Source of the DNA: Ktedonobacteraceae bacterium
Lineage (GTDB): Bacteria; Chloroflexota; Ktedonobacteria; Ktedonobacterales; Ktedonobacteraceae
DNA length: 64,000 bases
Assembly (NCBI GenBank): GCA_034431765.1
Contig: DAOUDD010000010.1
Span: forward strand, 23,403 to 87,402
Direction: 5' to 3'
Part shown: one piece after another, positions 46,931 through 57,390 of the stretch
Position numbering within the stretch: the stretch's first letter is position 1
Layout of the letters: each line of letters starts with the position of its first letter
Made by a program: the position numbers and the translations under genes
The notes under the pieces: model-generated
Databases searched by the model: none
What the model was told of the DNA's origin: nothing
What the model saw: the letters and a program-made list of their open reading frames with translations, nothing else

Positions 46931-47815
46931 TTATAAGAACCTTGGTACCACACGAGTCACAAAATGCTCAAGAGTGTCTAGATTCGGGATACGAAACATA
47001 AAATGAGTAACACCAAGAGTATGAAATTGCTCAAGTTCACGTGTCACCTGATCAGCATTTCCCGCAATGTAGTGTTTCGAGGGATGACGTTGCACCTGCG
47101 TGGGGTCTTCAGAAACGCTTAATGTTGCCAGGTATGTAAGCTTGATCTCAGCGAGATTACGTCCAACGCGTTCACAGTGTTGGCGAAGAACTGCTAGCTT
47201 ATGTGCATACTCTTCAGCAGAGCACGAGTTAAAATTCCACTGATCAGCGTAACGAGCGACGAGTGCCAATGTTCGCCTTTCACCACCCCCACCTATCAAA
47301 AGAGGTATTGTTGGTGCAGGTTGAGGAGAGCAGTAGGCATCGTGAATAGAGTAGTGTTTCCCGCCAAAGGTAGCAGGTTGCCTGGTCCAGAGAGCACGAA
47401 TTACACCGATGGCCTCTTCAAGTTCGTCCATACGCATGCCAGTTGAAGGAAAGGGATAACCGTACGCATGGTACTCCTCCTCTTTCCAGCCAGCACCCAA
47501 TCCGAGAATAAAGCGGCCTCGCGAAAGGGCTTGTATATTCGCAGCCATTTTTGCAAGCAGTGCAGGATTGCGATAGGACTGTGCCACCACCAGCGTGCCT
47601 ACAGAGAATTGTGGATACAGCGCAGCAAGATAGCTCAACGTCGTCAAACACTCCAGCTCGTCTGTCTCCCCGACCTGTAAATGGTCCTCCAACCAAAGGG
47701 TTGAAAAGCCTGCAGTCAGTCGTTCAATACATTGCCTGTTATACAGCATCAGGTCCTGTAAGGATTGACCGGGATCATTCTGACGCAGCATCAAGCCAAA
47801 ATCTACTGTGGCCAA
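46931..47815 (-). CDS. LLM-class (luciferase-like) F420-dependent oxidoreductase
   Basis: TTG start 8 nt after AGGAG. LGLGAGWKEEEYHAYGYPF motif; 294 aa. Confidence 0.8.
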   Translation of the reverse strand: MATVDFGLMLRQNDPGQSLQDLMLYNRQCIERLTAGFSTLWLEDHLQVGETDELECLTTLSYLAALYPQFSVGTLVVAQSYRNPALLAKMAANIQALSRGRFILGLGAGWKEEEYHAYGYPFPSTGMRMDELEEAIGVIRALWTRQPATFGGKHYSIHDAYCSPQPAPTIPLLIGGGGERRTLALVARYADQWNFNSCSAEEYAHKLAVLRQHCERVGRNLAEIKLTYLATLSVSEDPTQVQRHPSKHYIAGNADQVTRELEQFHTLGVTHFMFRIPNLDTLEHFVTRVVPRFL

Positions 47816-48195
47816 AGCGTGCTCTCCTAAAAATTCTTAGAATGGGACTAGAAACTCCTGCGTCAACCTGACAAAGCGTTATCATTTGCATCAATTCAGT
47901 ACGAGCAGAGAAGCTGCAAGCAGGCAATTTTATGCTGGGATGCATTCTGCCATGTGTACGAGACACACCATTCCACGCGCTACAGGTACATCCATCTCTC
48001 CCCATTGTAGAAGAACCTCCTGACACACGTCAAGAAGCAAACAGTATTTTTTGATAAGAGTCAGCAAGTTATGAGAAGTTTCAAAGAAACTTTCATGTTT
48101 TCGTAATCTTGACACAAGAAGGTTGGTACGCTAGGCTATGCAACACCTGACAAAGATTTGCAACCCATTGCATGGCGGGCGAGTAGGAGAGCAGC

Positions 48196-48948
48196 ATGCC
48201 CAGTTATATGACAACCCTCGGCTTTCCGGTGACAACAGAGCAGGACGTCAGACACTATATCTTTCTAGCAACAGAGTTTGGGCGCAAGATAGAAACATTC
48301 CACGGTTCATATACACTCTGGGAACCAGGTGAGGGACTTCAATTATGGGTACAAACAAATCTACATAAACGTATTCTCGGCATGCGACTTCATTTTTCCG
48401 GTCAAGCACGAATGCGCGTCGGCATTATCAGCACGATAACACGTCAAGGACAGAATATTCTGGATGGAACACTTTACGCCCTGGCTGATCCTGCTCACGA
48501 AGATCCAATGCAGGGGAAATATCCATTTGTATTTGATGTTCCTGACTACGACACTTATCAGAATCTCTATCTTCCAACACTGGGCGAGGTACAACTCGTG
48601 GCTTTCGCTTCGAGTATGAAGTGTTTTGCTACTGATAAGGCATACCAGGATACGTACCCTGCTCTAGCTCCAGAGTCGGTTATTGCTCCCACATTGCCCA
48701 AACCGGGTAGCAGGCGAAGAGAGCCACTGCAATCTGAAGTACATATGTATGGCCGCATTCTGGAGACACGACAGCTCACAAACCCGGTTACAGGCCTCAA
48801 ATTTTACTGGGCACACGTGCGTACAGATGGGGGTGAGATGGATGTCGTGGCCGATCCACAAATCGTAGAAGGAGCATTGGTAAATCATGGCATTCTCGGC
48901 GGCCTATTCTGGCTCTCAGGCCGCCTGCATCACATTTCTCAGGTTTAA
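48196..48948 (+). CDS. hypothetical protein (250 aa), no family recognised
   Basis: ATG 6 nt after AGGAG. Non-repetitive, soluble-looking composition. Flanked by redox genes. Confidence 0.6.
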   Translation: MPSYMTTLGFPVTTEQDVRHYIFLATEFGRKIETFHGSYTLWEPGEGLQLWVQTNLHKRILGMRLHFSGQARMRVGIISTITRQGQNILDGTLYALADPAHEDPMQGKYPFVFDVPDYDTYQNLYLPTLGEVQLVAFASSMKCFATDKAYQDTYPALAPESVIAPTLPKPGSRRREPLQSEVHMYGRILETRQLTNPVTGLKFYWAHVRTDGGEMDVVADPQIVEGALVNHGILGGLFWLSGRLHHISQV

Positions 48949-48965
48949 AGATCCATGCAATTTGC

Positions 48966-49979
48966 TTAGAGAACAGGCCAATCATGACCAGCAGCCTGAT
49001 AGATTGCTTCAATGGTTGCAATATTCTCAAACGATTCGCCAAGTCCCCTTGCAAGCTCTTCTCCAGAACGAATGCAAGAGGCAAAGTGTTCAACTTCAAG
49101 CTGATATTGATCGACAGCGGAAAAATCTTTTTCGCTCATCTGCCCATTTCTTGTAAGAAATACAGTCACATTATTTTTACCAGGAGTGAAGGGCACAGGC
49201 AAGGTAATTGTGCCGGACTCCCCAATAATTTCTGCGACCTGTCGTGAAGGGAGGCCAAAGCTGGAATCAATCAGGGCAAAGCAGCCATCTCCGTAATCCA
49301 AGACAGCATTTGTTGCTCTATCAACACTCACAGGACCTATTGTGTGAACACGAGCGGCCACAGAGAGCGGGGCACGTCCATACACAGCGCGACTTAGATT
49401 GAGGGGATAGCAACCGACATCCATTAATGATCCACCGGCCAGCTCAGGATTCAGTCGAATGTTATCGGGACGAGCACGAATATCGAATGAGAACGAGGAT
49501 CGTACGAGCCTGACAGGTCCAATGCTCCCTGCGTTCACCTGTTCAAGCGCCCAGACAATCTGCGGGTGAAAACGATACATAAAGGCTTCCATCAATAAGA
49601 CGTTGGCGGCACGTGCAGCCTCGATCATAGCAGTCGCTTCTCCGGTTGTGACTGCCAGCGGTTTCTCACACAGCACATGTTTGCCTGCCTGCAATGCTTT
49701 GATTGTCCATTCAGCATGCAAGCTATTAGGTAAAGGTATATAGACAGCCTCTACTTCGGGATTAGCGAGCACGCTCTCGTAGCCTTCAGAGATACGGACA
49801 TGTGGAGCAAAGGAATAGAGTTCACTGGCACGGCGTGTATCTCGACTACCAACAGCCACAAGCCGACCATTTGTTGAAGCTATAATTGCCGGTGCAACAG
49901 CCTTGACACCGATATTTGCTGTACTGAGAATTCCCCAACGAACGCGATCAGAATCGACCATTTTTTTAAAATCTATCAT
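48966..49979 (-). CDS. Gfo/Idh/MocA-family NAD(P)-dependent oxidoreductase
   Basis: N-terminal Rossmann segment VRWGILSTANIGVKAV..VAVGSRD and EKPLA motif; 337 aa. Confidence 0.88.
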   Translation of the reverse strand: MIDFKKMVDSDRVRWGILSTANIGVKAVAPAIIASTNGRLVAVGSRDTRRASELYSFAPHVRISEGYESVLANPEVEAVYIPLPNSLHAEWTIKALQAGKHVLCEKPLAVTTGEATAMIEAARAANVLLMEAFMYRFHPQIVWALEQVNAGSIGPVRLVRSSFSFDIRARPDNIRLNPELAGGSLMDVGCYPLNLSRAVYGRAPLSVAARVHTIGPVSVDRATNAVLDYGDGCFALIDSSFGLPSRQVAEIIGESGTITLPVPFTPGKNNVTVFLTRNGQMSEKDFSAVDQYQLEVEHFASCIRSGEELARGLGESFENIATIEAIYQAAGHDWPVL

Positions 49980-50206
49980 GCTAAGTTCAGCCTCTCTTTC
50001 TTAATACAATATATCTCTTCATTATTATATCAACATAGACTATCAATAATGAGGTCTAAGAAACTGATTAGAGGATAGTTGAGCACACTTTCACCGGTTA
50101 ATTCTTTAAACTTCATTATGTAACCAAAACTTGCACTTTCATTGAAGGTATGTCTACAATCAAATAGTATAATCTTTTACTACTCATCAAGAAAGGACAT
50201 ATCTTC

Positions 50207-51004
50207 ATGACTCAAAAGAGCACACATCGTCCAGTGCGCGTCGGTGTGCAACTTCATCCCCAGCATACCTCCTACCAGGATTATGCGCAGGCGGTGCAGC
50301 GTATGGAGGAGCTGGGTGTCGATACAATTTGGAACTGGGACCATTTTTTTCCACTTTACGGCGATCCGCAAGGGAACCATTTTGAAGGCTGGACACTGCT
50401 GACCGCCATGGCAACACTTACTAGACGCGCACAGGTTGGCTGCCTGGTGACATGTAACACCTATCGCAACCCTGCGCTCCTCGCGGATATGGCAAAAACT
50501 GTTGATCATATTTCTAATGGTCGCGTCATCTTAGGTATAGGTGCAGGCTGGTTTGAGCGCGACTACAAAGAGTATGGCTATGACTTTGGAACGGCTGGAA
50601 GCAGGCTCGCCGCTCTGGAAACAGCACTACCTATCATTCGTCACCGCTGGGAAGTTGATGCTCCTAAACCAGTGCAGTCGTCTATTCCTATCCTTGTTGG
50701 GGGCGGTGGCGAAAAGAAAACCCTGCGCATCACTGCTCAATATGCAGATATGTGGCACGGTTTTGGAGATGCGGAAACGCTCGCGCACAAAAATCAGGTC
50801 CTTGATACCTGGTGTCAAGAGGTTGGACGCAATCCACAGGAGATCGAGCGCTGCGCAGGTACAAACAAAGATGATAGCGACGAGAGGCGCGATGCATCTG
50901 TTCAGGCAGGAGTGACTCACCTAATTATAGGCATGCAGGCTCCCTGGGATTTCACAGCCATCGAGAAACTGGTGAAGTGGCGTGACAGCCGCAACGGACG
51001 CTAA
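50207..51004 (+). CDS. LLM-class F420-dependent oxidoreductase (short, Rv1855c-like)
   Basis: ILGIGAGWFERDYKEYGYDFG motif; 265 aa; paralogous fold to 46931..47815. Confidence 0.8.
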   Translation: MTQKSTHRPVRVGVQLHPQHTSYQDYAQAVQRMEELGVDTIWNWDHFFPLYGDPQGNHFEGWTLLTAMATLTRRAQVGCLVTCNTYRNPALLADMAKTVDHISNGRVILGIGAGWFERDYKEYGYDFGTAGSRLAALETALPIIRHRWEVDAPKPVQSSIPILVGGGGEKKTLRITAQYADMWHGFGDAETLAHKNQVLDTWCQEVGRNPQEIERCAGTNKDDSDERRDASVQAGVTHLIIGMQAPWDFTAIEKLVKWRDSRNGR

Positions 51005-51017
51005 ACATGCGACATTG

Positions 51018-51069
51018 TATTCAGAACAGAAAGAGAACTAAACTTCGGCACACTCCTCTGTTCTGAATA
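51018..51069. terminator. bidirectional hairpin between convergent genes
   Basis: 13-bp stem TATTCAGAACAGA / TCTGTTCTGAATA with a 26-nt loop. Confidence 0.5.
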
Positions 51070-51084
51070 GAGAAAATCCAAAAG

Positions 51085-51981
51085 CTACGCCTGCATAGGC
51101 TTCTTCGCCCAGATTGTCAGGCCAAATGAGATGGATGTAAAATCCTCTTGCAACATTTCTAGCAGCATCTGTTGATAGAGCTTATTGTAAGTTTCCTCAT
51201 CCACAAAACCTGCTCGCGTAAGGTATGGTTTGAGTAAAGCAAACGTAACCTCTGATTCCTTGTATGAATTGTAATACTGATCGGTCCCATAATCAGCAAC
51301 AAGACAAAAGGGTCGCCTGTTTATTTGCTCAAAGCCTGCATCACGCAACAGTCTTCCAAGTACATGCGCTAGACCAATAGAACGCTCATCGACAGAAAAA
51401 GTACGCTTCTGTTGAGCAAGTGCTTTAATGAGATATCCACCAAGGGTTTGTAAGGCAGGGCTACTGGATGTGCCAAACTCCGCTTCCGTTAAACGAACTA
51501 TTCCACCCGGTCGAACCACTCGTTTGCACTCAGCAAGTAGTACAGGCCAGGACACCTGATCCATGAAGCCTGTTATAAAGCGCGCATTGACGAGACCGAA
51601 GGAGTTGTCCTGAAATTCTAGCGGCTGACGTGCGTTCATGACCTCGAAGGAGACGTTCTGAAGTTCTTGCGTACGTGCCTGGGCAAAAGCGTAGTTTACC
51701 ATTGTCGGATTGATATCAATGCCGATCACATCTATATCCTGATACTGATGAGCGACCTCCAATGTCCAACCACCAGGGCCACAACCGATATCGAGCAATT
51801 GCTCAACAGTAGAAAGATCTGGTTGTTCAGGAAATAGACCACCCATCGCCTGTGTAAAAAGCTTGTCTTGCTCCATCAGCCGTGCCGTTTCGGCTGCTTC
51901 TTCAATATCTATCACATACTTGTTGTCCGGCTCTCGTGCATCAGATGCTTGCATGGAGAACGTGTCCTCCCTTCCTATCAA
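51085..51981 (-). CDS. class I SAM-dependent methyltransferase (paralogue of 19398..20255)
   Basis: Motif I LLDIGCGPGGWT. Same N-terminal extension and overall colinearity as the 285-aa paralogue. Confidence 0.85.
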   Translation of the reverse strand: MIGREDTFSMQASDAREPDNKYVIDIEEAAETARLMEQDKLFTQAMGGLFPEQPDLSTVEQLLDIGCGPGGWTLEVAHQYQDIDVIGIDINPTMVNYAFAQARTQELQNVSFEVMNARQPLEFQDNSFGLVNARFITGFMDQVSWPVLLAECKRVVRPGGIVRLTEAEFGTSSSPALQTLGGYLIKALAQQKRTFSVDERSIGLAHVLGRLLRDAGFEQINRRPFCLVADYGTDQYYNSYKESEVTFALLKPYLTRAGFVDEETYNKLYQQMLLEMLQEDFTSISFGLTIWAKKPMQA

Positions 51982-52142
51982 TCTTGATGGTCTCTCAAAA
52001 ATATCTATCCTATAGAAATGTTCTTCTTCGCATCATAATCATATTGATCATTCCCTGTCAAGAAGATCATGCCAGGATAGGTTTAAACCTTAGGGGGAAG
52101 TAGCATACAGCAAACTGTCTTCATCAAACTAAGCTTTCTCTC

Positions 52143-52529
52143 TCATTTGACGATAACAGTTAGATTCATATGCAGGTGTACGGTACAGTAGAACTGAAAC
52201 GTTCCCGCAACGGCAAAAGGTCCTATCTTGTGCGACTGACCTGTACCTGAGATTTGGAGATCAACCTTCGGAGCCCCCTTTTCTTGAAATCTCACATCAC
52301 CACCTCTGCCTTTCCAGGTTCCATTCTCGATGATGTGTACGGTAGGAACGTCATCTACCAGGGTAATCGTCTCGCCTTTCTGGATCGTGATGGAATGTAG
52401 AAGAAAATCTGTCTCGTTCATATGCACAACATTTTTCTCTTGTTCTGCTCCTCCACATGCACACAGCAGAACAAAGAAGAGCAGAACGGGTATTGTGGCT
52501 ATAAGACACATCAGATATCTTCTTCTCAC
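52143..52529 (-). CDS. cupredoxin-like (type-1 copper) lipoprotein
   Basis: Lipobox-like LLCAC after a hydrophobic signal. C-terminal YCTVHLHM supplies a Cys/His/Met ligand pattern. Confidence 0.7.
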   Translation of the reverse strand: MRRRYLMCLIATIPVLLFFVLLCACGGAEQEKNVVHMNETDFLLHSITIQKGETITLVDDVPTVHIIENGTWKGRGGDVRFQEKGAPKVDLQISGTGQSHKIGPFAVAGTFQFYCTVHLHMNLTVIVK

Positions 52530-52608
52530 AAAAATTGAGCCTTTTCTATCTTATCAAGTAGCGTTTCAGAGAAAATCCAACATTTCCTGAAATGTAGAAG
52601 CCATAAAG

Positions 52609-54600
52609 CTAGAGAGAGACATCCACAGTGAAAGTTGCCGAGTGGAGCTGATTCGCAGAAAGCACATTGATACGGAGTTCCCAATGCCCTCCCATACCGA
52701 AATCGCAGGTTGTTCGATAGGTTCCCGCTTCGGCAGCCTGAAACTGGAGTGGTGTACTTCCCATATCCATATCGAGCATAGTACTGTAGGCCGATACTCC
52801 GATATCATTGGGGACGTTTCCCTGGCTATCCTTTACTTTCACGATTAACTGGTTGCTACCAAAGCGATTCGGCGTCAGTGTGACATCAAGTGTAAAGATA
52901 TTATCCTTCGTTTTGATAATATTATGAAATGGTTGGGAAGGCTGAGAAGCACTCGCTGGAGAGACCGGTGTTGCAGGTAGCAATGTGCCAGAGAATACGG
53001 TGAGTAATCCTGTACACAAAAGCACAGCCACACCTAATAGGGGTTCCCAGGAGAGAACGCGTGTAATTCGTCTAAATTGACGCGCAACGTTTTGCTCAAA
53101 ACGTTTGAACTCTTCACCTGTAGCAGTCTTTTCGCTCTTTTCCCCTTCTTCTCCATTCCATTCGTTGTACAACTGATAGTCATATGCCAGGCGAGGTCGC
53201 CAGAAGAACACATGCAGAGCACTGACGAGTAACATTCCCCCTACAAGGGTGCTCTTGACGAGCAGTGTACGACCATATGCAGTAGAGAGCAATTGCTCCC
53301 ATGACTCCATACGAGTTGTCGCATTAAGCGGTCCGGTCACCGCCATCAGAACGACACCTGTGAAGGCCATAGGTGAGAAGTGCTTGAGAGTGGAGAGTAA
53401 CGCTGGAACACGCTCAAGTAGGGGTTTTGACCAACGGTGAACCGCTGGGAGACAAGCAAGGGCAAGATAGAGCATCCCGCCAATCCAAAGCGATGCAGCC
53501 AAGAGATGAGCCCAATCCACAAGCACAGCGTAGAGGAGAGATGTCGAACGAACAGCCGCTGCATGACCAGATAGAACTGTTGTCGTTATCAACGCTAAAG
53601 CAAGAAGAAAATTTCCCCAGGTTATAAAAGCTGGAAGACTCTTGTTCTGCCTGGCCATACGTCTTCCAAGAACAGCCAGTAACAGTGCAACGACGAGAAC
53701 AGCAGAACGAATTAGCCAGTAGCGACTGAATGAGCCACTGCTCAGCAGACCTTGCAGAATGTGGGGTGAGAGCGCCAGATCCCAGCGTCCATTTGTGAGT
53801 GTTACAGCTTGACCAAAGAGCACGCCCATATTGGCAACAAAAAGTACACACAGGATAGGAAGAGCTAACTGCCTGTGAAACACATGTGCTGCACGTTGCT
53901 GTAACTCTCCATCTTGTTGTGCTACTACGCCATCTTCAACCAGTTCGGGACTCTTCTTTTCACCATTTTCAGGAGTCAGGAATGTCTGCCAGAGTTGCGC
54001 ACCAACCCAAAAGACAATGCACAGCTCAAGAAGAGTAGTCATAAAGAGATTGAAGAGAGTCGTTCCATCCAATTGTCCATTTGATGTAACGGTACCAAAA
54101 CTGGGTAATGGAGGTAACTGACCATTATATTCTGGCACAACACCATTTGGCTGAGCAATCTTAAAGATAAAGTTGCCAGAGGCAATATGCCCATCATCTG
54201 CAGATTGTGTGCGGTAAATAACAGCGTAGACACCTGGAGGTAACAGTTTCAGCGACAGATCCATCTCCTGAGCGTTGTCAGGAGAGACATGGACATCCGC
54301 ATTGTCGAGATGATTGTGCGGATCTATCACATCCTTAACGTTGCTCTGGGCAGCGTTGATAACGTACGCGGTACTGAAAGAGGGGTTTAAGCTCTCCGTG
54401 AACCACATGCGTACCTGGGAAGGAGGATTTGTGAGGACAGCATCTCTTGCTGGATCGGAGTGATCAAGAAGAGCATGTGCCGATTGTGCAGATGCAAAGC
54501 CAGGCATGCAAATCAGCCAGAGCAGTGCTATAAGCAATGCATAGCAGAAACGTCTGATATATCTATCGATTTGCCAACGATGAGTATGCTGTACTGTCAC
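52609..54600 (-). CDS. copper resistance CopC-CopD fusion with C-terminal YtkA/FixH-like domain
   Basis: Signal peptide, then mature N-terminal His (AQSA/HALLDHSDPA) and a CopC beta-sandwich (YRTQSADDGHIASG). Eight or more CopD-type TM helices follow. The C-terminal Ig-like segment is LDMDMG..GHWELRINV. Confidence 0.85.
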   Translation of the reverse strand: MTVQHTHRWQIDRYIRRFCYALLIALLWLICMPGFASAQSAHALLDHSDPARDAVLTNPPSQVRMWFTESLNPSFSTAYVINAAQSNVKDVIDPHNHLDNADVHVSPDNAQEMDLSLKLLPPGVYAVIYRTQSADDGHIASGNFIFKIAQPNGVVPEYNGQLPPLPSFGTVTSNGQLDGTTLFNLFMTTLLELCIVFWVGAQLWQTFLTPENGEKKSPELVEDGVVAQQDGELQQRAAHVFHRQLALPILCVLFVANMGVLFGQAVTLTNGRWDLALSPHILQGLLSSGSFSRYWLIRSAVLVVALLLAVLGRRMARQNKSLPAFITWGNFLLALALITTTVLSGHAAAVRSTSLLYAVLVDWAHLLAASLWIGGMLYLALACLPAVHRWSKPLLERVPALLSTLKHFSPMAFTGVVLMAVTGPLNATTRMESWEQLLSTAYGRTLLVKSTLVGGMLLVSALHVFFWRPRLAYDYQLYNEWNGEEGEKSEKTATGEEFKRFEQNVARQFRRITRVLSWEPLLGVAVLLCTGLLTVFSGTLLPATPVSPASASQPSQPFHNIIKTKDNIFTLDVTLTPNRFGSNQLIVKVKDSQGNVPNDIGVSAYSTMLDMDMGSTPLQFQAAEAGTYRTTCDFGMGGHWELRINVLSANQLHSATFTVDVSL

Positions 54601-54715
54601 AAACTTCCCCTGGTCTAGCCGTAGAACCTGCTTTTCCTATAAAAGCACCTGTTTAGAAGCGCTTTCTCTTGCTGCTTCGTATTGTACGCCGCTTCTAGCG
54701 CTTTCTCAAGAGGTC

Positions 54716-55318
54716 CTATAACGGACGTTTGCGTGCGTTCATCCGGCCACTCACAAGACCCCCACCAACAGCACCAACCACTAACGCCAGCAATGCAATT
54801 CCACCTGCTAATAGAGGTGATATTCCTCCCGACGACGCGTTATTCGTCATACTCTGTGCATTGTTATTCTTAGCAGCGGCATTCGCAGTCATTCCTTTGA
54901 GCATGTCACTCATATTCACAAAGAAGCGGAAACTGCCACTGGTATGATGCCCATCATCTGCTGCTACTGTGCGCCACAGCACGACGTAGACTTCAGAGTT
55001 GTTTCCCTGGAGAGGTACTGTCATCTTCTTCTGATCTTTGGTATCAACCTGAGCTGTTCCTGTGCTAACTTCCTTCCCATCAACATCATAGATGGTAATA
55101 GCACTCCCTGTCGGATTCAGCTCTTCGGTAAAGGTAATCGAAACCGAGGATGGAGCAGCTTTCAAGTTTGCATTTTGAGCCGGATCAGAGCTTGCATAAT
55201 CGGCGTGAGCGGATGCTGTTCCTGAGAATAACAACAATGAACTCAGGCTCAAGCTCAGCGCGAATAGGAACAGAAGCACACCTCGTGTCCAGTATATGCG
55301 GGGCTTGCGAGAAATCAT
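54716..55318 (-). CDS. copC: CopC-domain copper-binding protein with C-terminal membrane anchor
   Basis: Internal ATG 55318 behind AGGAAGGA. Signal ..GTASA/HADYASSDPA, WRTVAADDGHHTSG, and a C-terminal TM helix LLAGGIALLALVVGAVGGGLV. Confidence 0.85.
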   Translation of the reverse strand: MISRKPRIYWTRGVLLFLFALSLSLSSLLLFSGTASAHADYASSDPAQNANLKAAPSSVSITFTEELNPTGSAITIYDVDGKEVSTGTAQVDTKDQKKMTVPLQGNNSEVYVVLWRTVAADDGHHTSGSFRFFVNMSDMLKGMTANAAAKNNNAQSMTNNASSGGISPLLAGGIALLALVVGAVGGGLVSGRMNARKRPL

Positions 55319-55848
55319 AGAAAATTCCTTCCTGGTCAAATAGATGCTTATTAGTTGGAGCAATGCGTCTTTTCTTGTACCTGGAAACATCTTTTGTTCT
55401 CCTACAGGTACCTTGTGAACATTAATACACTACCTCTTGCTAGACTATTCGTCCATTAGGATTACTGCCTATTTTTTCCCCTAAGGCGTAGCCTATGCTT
55501 AACAGAAAAACTCCTCGTTCTGACAAAATAGTTGCATAGCCAGAAGCTCCATATCACGCCTAAAGTGTAAAGCGAGTATTTCTATTTTGAATATCGCAAA
55601 ATGATTTTAACATGATTATTAGTTCTACAGCAGTAAAGTGGTTATTTAATACGCGCTTTCTCTGAAAAATAGGTACTTCTACCCATCCTATTTCCGCGTA
55701 GATCAAGGTATACTAGAGATATACAATTCTGTATGTTACCCTGCAATCGCGTATACACACTCCCTTTAAAGCGTCTTCTCCTATCTTATTTACATCCTCT
55801 ATATACCTTGTCGTGTCATCAAATTCTATTCAGGAAAGGATATGTGAG

Positions 55849-56655
55849 ATGCATGAAGTTTTTCGGCAGAACGTACTTCATCGCCTCACACAAAAGCACT
55901 CCCTTTTCTCCTTTTGGTCGGCGCTGGTGTATCCATATACACTTATTGTCATTTCCTGGGCAGCGCTTGTTCTGCTCGATACCACCCATCAGCTTCAATG
56001 GCTTGATCATGATTATTTACTCACGACAATACATTTACCGTGGCTACTGGTAGCAGGAGTTTTTTTAGCCGGTTGGCAGGTAATGATGATAGCAATGATG
56101 CTTCCAGCACTTCTGCCACTCGTTGCACAGATAGATAGTTCGAGGCCAGATATTGTTTCGCGCTGGAAGCTACAAGCAACGTTTCTGGGAAGCTATGCAT
56201 TGGTCTGGACGCTCTTCGCCATTAGTGTTTTTATAGGAGATTCAGCTATACATTGGCTAGTATCGCACTGGTTCTGGCTCTCTTCTCATGTCTGGCTTAT
56301 AGGTACAAGCATCCTGCTGCTTGCCGGACTTTTTCAGTGGAGTCCATACAAGAAAACTGCATTGAGTTCTTGCTCAGCAACAGATCTCACGTTCCTCCGT
56401 TCTTCCAGGACACTTCTATGCACTGCATGGAGGCTGGGAATACGTTACGGACGCGCCTGTTTTGGCTCTTGTTGGGTTCTCATGCTTGCAATGATAGCGA
56501 TGGGAATGAAAAGCCTTTTCATTATGACAGTAGGCAGTGTCATTATTCTGGCAGAGAAAAATAGCTCTGCACATCTCTCTATTCGCGTCGCTGTAGGAAT
56601 ACTGTGCCTCGGCCTTGCAGTTGTGTGGGGAATAAGCGCAGGCCACATTAGATAG
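55849..56655 (+). CDS. DUF2182-family predicted metal-binding integral membrane protein
   Basis: Hallmark WQVMMIAMMLPALLPLV motif and six TM helices. ATG 55849 lies 8 nt after AGGAAAGGA. Confidence 0.75.
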   Translation: MHEVFRQNVLHRLTQKHSLFSFWSALVYPYTLIVISWAALVLLDTTHQLQWLDHDYLLTTIHLPWLLVAGVFLAGWQVMMIAMMLPALLPLVAQIDSSRPDIVSRWKLQATFLGSYALVWTLFAISVFIGDSAIHWLVSHWFWLSSHVWLIGTSILLLAGLFQWSPYKKTALSSCSATDLTFLRSSRTLLCTAWRLGIRYGRACFGSCWVLMLAMIAMGMKSLFIMTVGSVIILAEKNSSAHLSIRVAVGILCLGLAVVWGISAGHIR

Positions 56656-56698
56656 TCCTATATCGTTTTGCATGTTTTGCAAAGGAGGATCTTTTTTC

Positions 56699-57253
56699 AT
56701 GGTTATGCTTCATGTTCGATCTCGTATTGTTATAAAAGGTGCAACATTTGGTGCTCGTGGCGATTCTTGCTCGTGTGACCCCTGCGACTGTGATCCCTGT
56801 ACCTGCGGAGACGCCTTAATACCCAATATTCCAGGCTGGCGTGTCAGTGGGTGCTCTATTCAGGAAGGGCAAATGGACTCTGTAGACGTCGCCGGTACGC
56901 TGCTCCTGAGCCTGGCGCTACCGGCAGATGAACAGGGCCATTTCTGGCAAGAAGTGCTGTTGGTTGACGAGCAGGTTAGCGATAAACTATTGTCAGCGCT
57001 CATACCGTTGCTGGAGGACTATTTGAAGAGTGTTCCGGCCGAGGGACAACGGCTTCCCGCTGCGCAACGAGCAATCTATAAACTGCCCATTCGGGCACAT
57101 GAGAGGCCTGAAGGACCTTTTGTGCAGGTGACATTTGAGCCAGACAGTGCGATGCTCTTACAAGAGGGAGCACCTGGCTGGCAAGAACGTCTACAGCCAT
57201 GGAGCTACGATGGATTGCTACGCATACGCAAGAACTTTGAGCTACACTCATAG
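56699..57253 (+). CDS. Cys-rich soluble protein, DUF1326-like
   Basis: ATG 56699 lies 9 nt after AAGGAGGA. It has an N-terminal CSCDPCDCDPCTCG cluster. The following V.VAGTLLLSLALP..EQGHFWQEVLLVDE...D.LL.AL segment resembles the DUF1326 core that normally partners DUF2182. Confidence 0.55.
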   Translation: MVMLHVRSRIVIKGATFGARGDSCSCDPCDCDPCTCGDALIPNIPGWRVSGCSIQEGQMDSVDVAGTLLLSLALPADEQGHFWQEVLLVDEQVSDKLLSALIPLLEDYLKSVPAEGQRLPAAQRAIYKLPIRAHERPEGPFVQVTFEPDSAMLLQEGAPGWQERLQPWSYDGLLRIRKNFELHS

Positions 57254-57273
57254 CTGTTTAAGCTGTTGAATCA

Positions 57274-57308
57274 AAAGGTGTGAAAAGTAGCCAGCTCTTC
57301 ACACCTTT
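57274..57308. terminator. bidirectional intrinsic terminator
   Basis: 11-bp stem AAAGGTGTGAA / TTCACACCTTT with a 13-nt loop, between convergent genes. Confidence 0.7.
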
Positions 57309-57390
57309 AATTATATACCCGAAAAGAGTGTACACTCCAGTCAGTAGCTAAAAATTTGTAATGTAAGTAGAGAAAGCACTACTGAGGGAC

